DNA of 64,000 bases from Chloroflexota bacterium (GTDB lineage Bacteria > Chloroflexota > Chloroflexia > QHBQ01). Under the pieces are notes generated by a model that was not told the origin of the DNA, searched no databases, and saw nothing but the letters and a program-made list of their open reading frames with translations. The stretch covers positions 6,454 to 70,453 of the forward strand of contig JAYUUN010000124.1 of NCBI GenBank assembly GCA_043754535.1. The letters are read 5' to 3'. The position numbers and the translations under genes are program-made. Of the stretch, positions 57,095 to 64,000 are shown piece by piece (positions within the stretch are counted from its first letter, which is position 1; each line of letters starts with the position of its first letter).

Positions 57095-57508
57095 CTAGAA
57101 GTTAGCTAGCGTCTGGCGGCCAGCGAAGCCAGCGGCGATCTCGTGCCACCAGCCAACTTCGGGTTCGCCAAACAGCCAGCAGAGGTAGACGACACGCCCC
57201 AGCCGGTAGGCAGGAAAGTCTATCAGGCCGCGCTCCAAATCCTTGAGTTCAATACCCATCTCCAACAGGTGTTGGTAGTCGGCGCGCAGGGTGCTGGCCG
57301 CTGCCTCAACCTCGGTCAGCAGGGCTTCGGCGTGGCGTGCGCTACCGTTCTGCCGCGCCTTCTCGGTGATCGCGTCCAGTTCGTCCTGGCGGGTTACGAT
57401 GCGAGCGCGGGCCTGCCTCATGCTATATAGTAGGCTGCTGACGTGGGGCAACGCCTCGTTCGCCTCACGCACTGTATAGAAGCGGCGCACTTCTTCGCCC
57501 ATGTTCAT
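57095..57508 (-). CDS. DUF2203 family protein
   Basis: FYTVREANEALP, KDLERGLIDFP, VYLCW..GE and WWHE..AGFAGR. Confidence 0.88.
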   Translation of the reverse strand: MNMGEEVRRFYTVREANEALPHVSSLLYSMRQARARIVTRQDELDAITEKARQNGSARHAEALLTEVEAAASTLRADYQHLLEMGIELKDLERGLIDFPAYRLGRVVYLCWLFGEPEVGWWHEIAAGFAGRQTLANF

Positions 57509-57656
57509 CCTGGCCTGACCCTCCTCACCACTAATTATAACACCGTCTTGCCGTTGATGTTCGCGCTAGCATGGCTGCGCAGCAGATGGCAGGCTACTAC
57601 TACGCTCTGGCTAACAAAGGTGGCAACTGCGTGACACCTGGGAGGTATGCAGGTAC

Positions 57657-57690
57657 AAAAAGGGGAGCGCATCCAAATGATGCACTCCCC
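57657..57690 (-). terminator. Intrinsic terminator of the sulfurtransferase gene
   Basis: Minus strand reads GGGGAGTGCATC-ATTTG-GATGCGCTCCCC-TTTTT. Confidence 0.85.
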
Positions 57691-57738
57691 GCTACTTACC
57701 CGCCATAACATAGCAGGCTAGAGGATGGAGTGGGAGGG

Positions 57739-58641
57739 TTAGACCGTCGGGCGGGTCTCTGCGGTGCGCTCGATTGGCACGCCAACGCTGCTGCCCCACT
57801 CGGTCCAGCTACCATCGTAGTTGCGGACGTTGGGGTAGCCAAGCAGGTAGGTGAGAACGAACCAGGTGTGGCTGCTGCGCTCGCCAATGCGACAGTAGGC
57901 GATCACATCGCGGTCGGCGGTGATCTCCTGGCCCTCGAACAGTTCCTTTAGTTGCTCTGCGGGCTTGAAGGTACCATCCTCTTGCGCCGACTTTGCCCAG
58001 GGGATGCTCTTGGCAGTGGGGATGTGGCCCGCCTTCTGCGCACCCTCCTGGGCATAGCCAGTCATGTGCAGCAGTTCGCCGCTGTACTCCTGAGGCGAGC
58101 GCACGTCGATCAGGCGGGTGCGCCCTTCTTCCAGGGCAGCTTCGACCTGGCGGCGGTAGGCACGGATGTCGTTGTTGCGCTCCTTCGCCTGGTAGCTGGT
58201 AGCCGGGTAAACAGGCATATCCTTGCTCATTGGGCGGCCCTCAGCTACCCACTTGGCGCGGCCCCCGTCCATCACCCGTACGTCCTCATGCCCATAATAC
58301 TTGAACAGCCAGAAGGTGTAGGTGGCATACCAGTTGTTCTTGTCGCCATAAACGACTACAGTGGTGTCGTTGGCGATCCCCTTGCTGCTCATCAACTGCT
58401 CAAAAGCCTGGCGGTCTACGAAGTCGCGCATGAAAGGGTCTTGCTCCTCCGTGTGCCAGTCTAGCTTGAGTGCAGCGGGGACATGACCCTGCTCGTAGAG
58501 TAGTATATCCTCGTCGCTCTCCAGGATACGCACGTTCGCGTCCTGGTGGTGCTGCAAGACCCATTCGGTCGTGACCAGCACTTCGGGGTGGGCATAGCCA
58601 GACAGCTTGCTGTCCTGGGCGGGTACTTCGGTTGCAGTCAT
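57739..58641 (-). CDS. Tandem-domain sulfurtransferase (rhodanese, CysA/SseA-like)
   Basis: [29 protein letters not shown], active site YCRIGERS and NYDGSWTEW; GAGGAGG RBS. Confidence 0.95.
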   Translation of the reverse strand: MTATEVPAQDSKLSGYAHPEVLVTTEWVLQHHQDANVRILESDEDILLYEQGHVPAALKLDWHTEEQDPFMRDFVDRQAFEQLMSSKGIANDTTVVVYGDKNNWYATYTFWLFKYYGHEDVRVMDGGRAKWVAEGRPMSKDMPVYPATSYQAKERNNDIRAYRRQVEAALEEGRTRLIDVRSPQEYSGELLHMTGYAQEGAQKAGHIPTAKSIPWAKSAQEDGTFKPAEQLKELFEGQEITADRDVIAYCRIGERSSHTWFVLTYLLGYPNVRNYDGSWTEWGSSVGVPIERTAETRPTV

Positions 58642-58673
58642 CAACACGTCACCTCCTCATATGATCCACCTCG

Positions 58674-58703
58674 ATTGTAGCAGCAAAGGGCAACTTTTGT
58701 CAA
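58674..58703 (-). promoter_or_regulatory. Putative sigma70 promoter of the sulfurtransferase gene
   Basis: Minus strand reads TTGACA, 18 bp, TACAAT with extended TG. Confidence 0.6.
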
Positions 58704-58778
58704 GTAAAGCTGTTTTTAGTGCGCTAGGCCATGCGGGTGGGGGCAGCTACGGTGAACCTACCCCGCTTCCAGCCCTAG

Positions 58779-61211
58779 CTACTTGCTCCAGTAGTCACCG
58801 ATGTGCGCGTCAGCTTTGACGGGGACGAGGGTGAGAATCTTCTGACCTGCTCGGATCATCTCCTGCTCCACAATCTGGCAAACGATCTCGGCTACGTCCT
58901 CGCGGGCTTCGACGATGATCTCGTCGTGTACCGTGTTGACGATGCGGGCAGGGTAGTCGCGCAGGCTATCACGCAGAGCGACAAGGGCGTACTTGGTCAT
59001 ATCCGCGTTCGCCCCCTGGATGGGCGCATTCTTGGCCTGCCGCTCGATAGCCGCCCGCTGTGCGTTGAAGTCGGGGCTAGCGGGGTCGGGCTTGGTGAAG
59101 AAGCGTTTGCGACCAATTGGCGTTTCGCTGTAGAGCTTGCGTACTCCTAGCCGCGCCGCACCATCCAGCCAGCGTTGCACGCCAGAGTACGCTTTGAAGT
59201 AGGTGTCGATCAGCCGCTTGGCCTCGTCCACGTCCACACCTAGTTGCACGGCCAGCGAACCCGACCCGCGACCATAAGCAAGGCCGAAGTTGATCGCCTT
59301 CGCCTGACCGCGCTGCTGTTTGGTCACTTCCTCAACCGACACCTGGAACATCTGGCTAGCGGTTAGCTGGTGGAGGTCGCCGCCGCTGACAAACGCCTCG
59401 ATGAAGGCGGGGTCTTCGCTGAGTTGGGCAAGGATGCGGAGCTCGGCCTGCGAGTAGTCGCAGGTGATCAGCTTGTAGCCCGCTTCGGGAATGAAGCACT
59501 CGCGGAACTCGGAGGTGGCTGGTATCTGCTGCACATTCGGCTCGGAGGCAGAGAAGCGGCCCGTGTCCGCCCCATGCTGGTTGAAGTTAGGGTGGATGCG
59601 CCCAGTCTTCTTGTGGATGAGCAGCAACATATTCTCGCCAAAGGCACTGAGCGTCTTCTCGTGGGTGCGGTATTCCAGCAGCTTCTTGACGGCTGGGTGG
59701 TCAAACTTGGTCAGCGTACCTTCGCTGGTGTCCGGCAACGCCACACCCAACCGCCCAAACACCTCGATCAACTGCTGACCGCTGTTCAGGTTGATGCTGC
59801 TCACCCCCAGCATGGTCGCTTGCAGGGTGGCAGGGGCGAGCAGGGCGTGCAACTCCCCTGCCGCCTCGTCGCGCAGCACCTTGACCGCCTCGATGATGTG
59901 TCGCCACTTGGTCTCGTCGATCTTCACCCCAGCCAACTCCATGTCACCGACAGCGGGGACGCACTCAAACTCCAGTTGCACGGTGCGCTCCAACTTGTGC
60001 TTCTTCAGCTGCGGCTTCTGCGCCTCCCAGATTGGAAAGAGGACGTGGACATCGCGGATCGCGTACTCTAGCTGGCTCTGGCTATAGGGGCTACCAGGGG
60101 TCATGCCAATAAAGCTCTTTTGCTCGGTCTTGTCTATTGGGCGGCCAAGATACTTGTTGGCGATATTCTTGAGGCTAACTTCGCGGCTGATGCCACTGGT
60201 TAGCACGCGCTCGGCCAACATGGTGTCGTAGATATTGTTGAGGGCAATGCCAGTCTGCTGCATGAGCATCTTGTAATCGAACTTTGCGTTCTGCAAGAGC
60301 TTGAGGATGTCGGGATGCTCAAGTACGCGCTTGAGTGGGTGTACATCCAGCTTTCTGCCACCGTTGCTACCGCCTGCCATGTCGAAGATGTAACCATGCT
60401 CGTGGGTGGCGATCTGGAGCAGGAGGAGGTCGTTGGTGTAGGGATCGAGGCCGGTGGTTTCGGTGTCCACCGCGATCACCGTCTCCTTGAGCAGCAGTTG
60501 GATCACCTCGGCCATGCGTTTGGGGTCATTGATCAGTTCAAACTCCGCGTTGTCCCACTTGCGCTCAGCCTCCCCCGGCTGCTCTGCCTGCTCGTCGGCT
60601 ACTGCCGCTGGCGCAACAGCCTGCACCGTAGCAGCAGCGGGGCCGAAGTCGCTGTCGTCACTGTCTCTATCAACGTCGCCGTCGTCCACCTCGTAGCTAG
60701 TCGCTTCTTCACGCACCATCAACGGAGCAGGGGCGGCGGGTAGCGGGAAGCTGGGCAGGTAGGCGTAAACTCCACCACGCCCACTATTGTCGCCACGTAC
60801 ACGCCCATCGGCACCGAGGGTGGGCGCAGCCTGGTTGCCATTGCCAGCCTTGTTCTGCGATCCATTAGTGTGCGCCTTGCCGTTACCATTGCTGCTAACT
60901 GGGGCATTGCCGTTGCTGCCAGCTGGCAGGTTGCCATTGCTGGCAGCATGGGTAGCCTGGGTGTAGATGTCGCGTAGTTCGAGATAGTATTCGAGGGGCA
61001 ACTCCTGCTCGGTGGGGTGGCTGGCTGCGGTGGGACAGGCGGCCAGATCGGGGCGGTAGTAGCTGCGACAGGGCAGACAGTAGCGGTAGCGCACGCCGCT
61101 GATCGCCACCGCCCGGCAGTTGGGGCAGCGCACGGCTACCCCGCTAGCATAGGTGTCGGGCAGAGCGAAATCCTGGTCGCAATTGTGGCAGAGGGTGAGC
61201 AGTTCGGTCAT
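58779..61211 (-). CDS. Family A DNA polymerase (3'-5' exonuclease + polymerase, no 5' nuclease) with N-terminal Zn ribbons
   Basis: Exo motifs DTETTGL, QNAKFD and YAIRD; Pol motifs DYSQAELR, RGQAKAINFGLAYG, NAPIQG and VHDE. N-terminus has CHNC/CPNC/CLPC. ATG 61211 is preferred. Confidence 0.92.
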   Translation of the reverse strand: MTELLTLCHNCDQDFALPDTYASGVAVRCPNCRAVAISGVRYRYCLPCRSYYRPDLAACPTAASHPTEQELPLEYYLELRDIYTQATHAASNGNLPAGSNGNAPVSSNGNGKAHTNGSQNKAGNGNQAAPTLGADGRVRGDNSGRGGVYAYLPSFPLPAAPAPLMVREEATSYEVDDGDVDRDSDDSDFGPAAATVQAVAPAAVADEQAEQPGEAERKWDNAEFELINDPKRMAEVIQLLLKETVIAVDTETTGLDPYTNDLLLLQIATHEHGYIFDMAGGSNGGRKLDVHPLKRVLEHPDILKLLQNAKFDYKMLMQQTGIALNNIYDTMLAERVLTSGISREVSLKNIANKYLGRPIDKTEQKSFIGMTPGSPYSQSQLEYAIRDVHVLFPIWEAQKPQLKKHKLERTVQLEFECVPAVGDMELAGVKIDETKWRHIIEAVKVLRDEAAGELHALLAPATLQATMLGVSSINLNSGQQLIEVFGRLGVALPDTSEGTLTKFDHPAVKKLLEYRTHEKTLSAFGENMLLLIHKKTGRIHPNFNQHGADTGRFSASEPNVQQIPATSEFRECFIPEAGYKLITCDYSQAELRILAQLSEDPAFIEAFVSGGDLHQLTASQMFQVSVEEVTKQQRGQAKAINFGLAYGRGSGSLAVQLGVDVDEAKRLIDTYFKAYSGVQRWLDGAARLGVRKLYSETPIGRKRFFTKPDPASPDFNAQRAAIERQAKNAPIQGANADMTKYALVALRDSLRDYPARIVNTVHDEIIVEAREDVAEIVCQIVEQEMIRAGQKILTLVPVKADAHIGDYWSK

Positions 61212-61486
61212 GGCAGGCTTCCATTCACTGGGGGCGGGCGAAGTTTGTGTCAACCTAATTCTATCCAACCTGGGCCGATCCGTCAAGATCATTGCTCGTC
61301 AGCAGGCGTTCAGGTTTATGGCTAGTTTGCCTCCAGGGTGTTGGTGAAGCTGGCGCAGCTAGCCGTGTCCACAGATACTCTGCTATGCTTCAGATGCGCC
61401 CACACAACCTTGCTATCTTTGAGTGGGCGGCCAATGCGCTCTCATGCAACTCTTATTTGCCCGAAGCCGTGCCTGGGTGGGCAATT

Positions 61487-61495
61487 TGTTATAAT
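61487..61495 (+). promoter_or_regulatory. Extended -10 element upstream of yggT
   Basis: TGTTATAAT. Confidence 0.45.
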
Positions 61496-61593
61496 AAAGT
61501 AGTTGAAACAAACGCCGCCCAACTGCTGTCCTACAGGCGTAAAGAGACGCAAGCAACGCTGCTTTTGCAGCCCCCACGTAGGAGGTTCCTGTA

Positions 61594-61854
61594 ATGTACG
61601 GATTGGTTTCCATGTTCTTCAACATCTACATCATCCTGATCATCGTCCGTTCGCTGTCCACCTGGCTCGGCCCCAGCATCCAATACCAGCAGTGGTTCAA
61701 GCTGCTCTCCGCCGTCACCGACCCAGTGCTGGTGCCAATCCGCAACACGATGAACCAGCTTACTGGCAACCTGGGCATTGACTTCTCGCCCCTGGTCGCC
61801 ATCGTACTGCTAAATATCCTCCAAAAAATAGTGCTGGACTTGCTACGTTACTAA
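61594..61854 (+). CDS. yggT: YggT family membrane protein
   Basis: IYIILIIVRSLSTW, TDPVLVPIR and GIDFSPLVA; AGGAGG RBS. Confidence 0.92.
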   Translation: MYGLVSMFFNIYIILIIVRSLSTWLGPSIQYQQWFKLLSAVTDPVLVPIRNTMNQLTGNLGIDFSPLVAIVLLNILQKIVLDLLRY

Positions 61855-61868
61855 CTGGCAGCCAGCCG

Positions 61869-61905
61869 GCAGCCCTCACCCAGCAGTGGGTGGGGGTTGT
61901 TGTTT
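61869..61905 (+). terminator. Probable intrinsic (possibly bidirectional) terminator
   Basis: CAGCCCTCACCCA-GCAG-TGGGTGGGGGTTG then TTGTTT; lies between convergent genes. Confidence 0.6.
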
Positions 61906-61917
61906 GCCTGCAAGCCG

Positions 61918-62364
61918 TTACTCCCTCAGCGGGCCGCGGCCAAAGACGGAGGGCTGCACTTTATTCCAGTAGCGGGAGAAGCGGGTGAGGTCGAGCTTGC
62001 CGGGGTATCGAGCAAAGTCGGCTTCTGATAGCTCCTCCACTACCAGGCTGCGCTCTATCTCAGCCAGGATCGTGCCAAAGCGGGGACTGGGCGACTCGGC
62101 AGTGGCGACCTGGGTAGCACCATGTTCGCGGGCGAAGGCGACTACCTCTGCCGCCACGTCGCCCCGGCGGATCGTTACCGGCAACTCCAAGAGGCACTCG
62201 TAGATGAAAGCGACCCGCTTAAGGGTGATGCCCCACTCCTCTAGCAGCGCGTCGTCCCAGACGAAGATCGCGGGCGCACCAGGGTAGGCGGTCAGGGCGG
62301 GGCCGTAGGGGTTGAGGTTGTCACCATGTAGCCAAATCACCACGGCCTGGCCTACGTCGTTCAC
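61918..62364 (-). CDS. Stand-alone photolyase/cryptochrome N-terminal-like domain protein
   Basis: VIWLHGDNL.P..PAL..YP.APAIFVWD, KRVAFIYECLLEL and DLTRFSRYW; no FAD-binding domain. Confidence 0.7.
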   Translation of the reverse strand: MNDVGQAVVIWLHGDNLNPYGPALTAYPGAPAIFVWDDALLEEWGITLKRVAFIYECLLELPVTIRRGDVAAEVVAFAREHGATQVATAESPSPRFGTILAEIERSLVVEELSEADFARYPGKLDLTRFSRYWNKVQPSVFGRGPLRE

Positions 62365-62387
62365 TCGATTCCGTCCTCTATACACCT

Positions 62388-62426
62388 AGCAGAAAAGGAG
62401 TTACCTAGTGGTAGCTCCTTCTGCTT
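62388..62426 (-). terminator. Intrinsic terminator of the low-GC gene
   Basis: Minus strand reads AAGGAGCTACC-ACTA-GGTAACTCCTT-TTCT. Confidence 0.7.
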
Positions 62427-62440
62427 AGTCACTTGGGTTC

Positions 62441-63727
62441 TCAGTTTATTCCACTATGGTTCACAGGCACGCGTGTCCTTGTTGTTCCGTTATCACCATA
62501 GCACGAGTCGGTGTATGTGGTAGCACCATTTATCCACGTCCAGACGTTTGTCCCAGCTGGTGACAGATCTGCACACCCGCCATAAGTGCCAAACACCTGC
62601 ACATTGGTAGAACTGTTGCCATGAGGGAGGGGCTGTAGACCAACGCTGCCCGTTAGCACAACCCCGTAGTAGGCTACAGCACTCACGTTGGACATACTAA
62701 TGCCTGTCACGTTGATGGTAGTATTGTAATTGTCGCTGCAAATGAGAACTGCCACTGTGTGGGTACGTGGGTTGCAGGCAGGATGAGCATCTGCTTCATA
62801 GTGCAAGTTAGACGTACGGTAGTTGTAGTTACCTGCCGCAGTGTTGAACGAGCTGTTCGTTATACTCCAGTCACGTGAGCCGTACAAACTCAACTCGAAA
62901 TTGAGATGGTTGTCCAATGTATGAACGTCGTTCAGAGTTCCACCAGATACCTGATTGACATCTATGCCAGTGCCACTGTTGTGCTCAACCCAAACATGGT
63001 TCAGGCTTGGGTATAGGTAGTACCCATTCGGTTGAACGTTAGAGTTGTACATCATGTATATACCGCCTGTACCACCTACCAAACGGCCAGTGGGATTTTT
63101 TGGTGCAGGAAAGAAGTCCGGTTGGGCACACTCACCTGCAGCATAAGGATCTATACCGTTGTTCTGGATCCAGACGTTGTTTATCCGCGCGTATGGCCCA
63201 ATAATGCCCAGACCCACGCAGCGGGCGTAGACAATGTGAACATTGCTCACTTCCAGCCGTGCGTTAGCTATTAGACCGTAACTAGTTAGCATATTAGAGT
63301 TGCCAGCGTCACTAGAGCCGTTTAGGGTCAAGTCTTGAACCCTGGCATAATCAGGCGTGTTAGTAAGATTATCCCCATAGCTCCCCAGTAGACCATCAAA
63401 ACCATTGTGGTACCAAGTCACCGCTGGCCTCAATGTGTAGTTGTTACCGTAAAGAGTTACGAGGGGATAGACCCTCACCCCGTAGCCTGTAGGATTGTTG
63501 ATGTACAGAGTGGCATTGGACTTGCCAGTCCGTTCTACCAAGTTAACACACAGATATGAGTTGACGTAAGCTGTATAAGTAGCAGCGGTAAGAACATCTG
63601 CATCCACTGTCGCCCCATTCGTGAACGGGAAGTCCAGACATCCTGGAGCAGCGTATACAGTACTGTAATTCGTGAAGGAGCTTGGTAGAACAGCCAACGC
63701 AATCAAAACAACTAGCATCTTCTTCAT
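62441..63727 (-). CDS. Secreted right-handed parallel beta-helix (pectate lyase-like) protein, low GC
   Basis: Signal peptide MKKMLVVLIALAVL...VYA; Asn/Gly-rich repeats (INNVWIQNN, LNHVWVEHN, LNDVHT, ITNSSF); AAGGGGAG RBS. Confidence 0.7.
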   Translation of the reverse strand: MKKMLVVLIALAVLPSSFTNYSTVYAAPGCLDFPFTNGATVDADVLTAATYTAYVNSYLCVNLVERTGKSNATLYINNPTGYGVRVYPLVTLYGNNYTLRPAVTWYHNGFDGLLGSYGDNLTNTPDYARVQDLTLNGSSDAGNSNMLTSYGLIANARLEVSNVHIVYARCVGLGIIGPYARINNVWIQNNGIDPYAAGECAQPDFFPAPKNPTGRLVGGTGGIYMMYNSNVQPNGYYLYPSLNHVWVEHNSGTGIDVNQVSGGTLNDVHTLDNHLNFELSLYGSRDWSITNSSFNTAAGNYNYRTSNLHYEADAHPACNPRTHTVAVLICSDNYNTTINVTGISMSNVSAVAYYGVVLTGSVGLQPLPHGNSSTNVQVFGTYGGCADLSPAGTNVWTWINGATTYTDSCYGDNGTTRTRVPVNHSGIN

Positions 63728-63743
63728 GATGTCTCCCCTTGTG

Positions 63744-64000
63744 CTATTTTATCTGGCCCAACAGTATTATACCACGCCCATCAAAATTATGCAATAGGGA
63801 CTCTGGCAAAGAGCAGCGAAAAGCAAAACAGGCCAGACTAGTTTTATGAGGGACAGGCTGATGGGAATAAACTAAGGGAGCAGCGTGTTGCTCGCTAGCA
63901 GCCGCTACTACTGGCTGCTCAAGAGCGGGGTCGGCGGGGGTATGCGCCTGCTGGCGGCGGGCCAGCCTGCGCCCCCAGGCGATAGCAGGCTTCTCCACTA
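63744..64000 (-). CDS. Probable 3' end of an acyltransferase-3 (OafA-like) gene entering from the right edge
   Basis: Frame is open to the window edge. VEKPAIAWGRRLARR resembles the VE(K/R)P...GRRL terminal helix of Acyl_transf_3 proteins; only a fragment is visible. Confidence 0.4.
   Translation of the reverse strand, partial: VEKPAIAWGRRLARRQQAHTPADPALEQPVVAAASEQHAAPLVYSHQPVPHKTSLACFAFRCSLPESLLHNFDGRGIILLGQIK
63766..63794 (-). promoter_or_regulatory. Putative sigma70 promoter of the beta-helix gene
   Basis: Minus strand reads TTGCAT, 17 bp, TATAAT with extended TG. Confidence 0.55.

Noticed and set aside
60540-61211. Intein in the DNA polymerase extension
   Set aside because: The extra sequence is N-terminal, not internal, and lacks intein splice-junction (HN-C/S/T) or LAGLIDADG motifs.
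61212-61480. LexA box upstream of the polymerase
   Set aside because: No GAAC-N4-GTTC match was found; only a GTTC half-site.
1-64000. CRISPR array, tRNA, rRNA, transposase, integrase or prophage
   Set aside because: I saw no regularly spaced repeat-spacer pattern, cloverleaf or rRNA-like segment, and no ORF has DDE, recombinase or phage structural motifs.

Overview
A GC-rich (~60-65%), gene-dense bacterial chromosomal segment. It is most likely from Chloroflexota, inferred from the DUF2298/YYY proteins, Cys-containing SLH domains and an FRDLKP-type Ser/Thr kinase. I found no rRNA, tRNA, CRISPR array, transposase or phage gene. The window is dominated by cell-envelope glycosylation. It encodes about seven GT-C-type membrane glycosyltransferase domains, including a 2291-aa GT39-like + DUF2298 + TPR fusion, together with GT2/GT4 enzymes and ManA. 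It also carries a compact operon (GT-C, polyprenol-P GT2, UDP-GlcNAc 2-epimerase, CsaB pyruvyltransferase, flippase-like protein) behind a perfect TTGACA-17-TATAAT promoter and directly upstream of a Kelch-Kelch-SLH surface protein. My best candidate for an undescribed system is this operon: a lipid-carrier, GT-C-dependent route to a pyruvylated-ManNAc ligand for anchoring SLH proteins. Other notable items: a degenerate Mrp/Nuo antiporter-like trio; tandem S9 peptidases; an FHA-amidase-GT-C-kinase-GT2 operon; a family-A DNA polymerase whose 5' nuclease is replaced by Zn ribbons; a flavin oxidase inside a two-component operon; several long intergenic hairpins; a TPR gene remnant; and a low-GC secreted beta-helix gene. 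All functional calls come from motif reading only; no searches were run.
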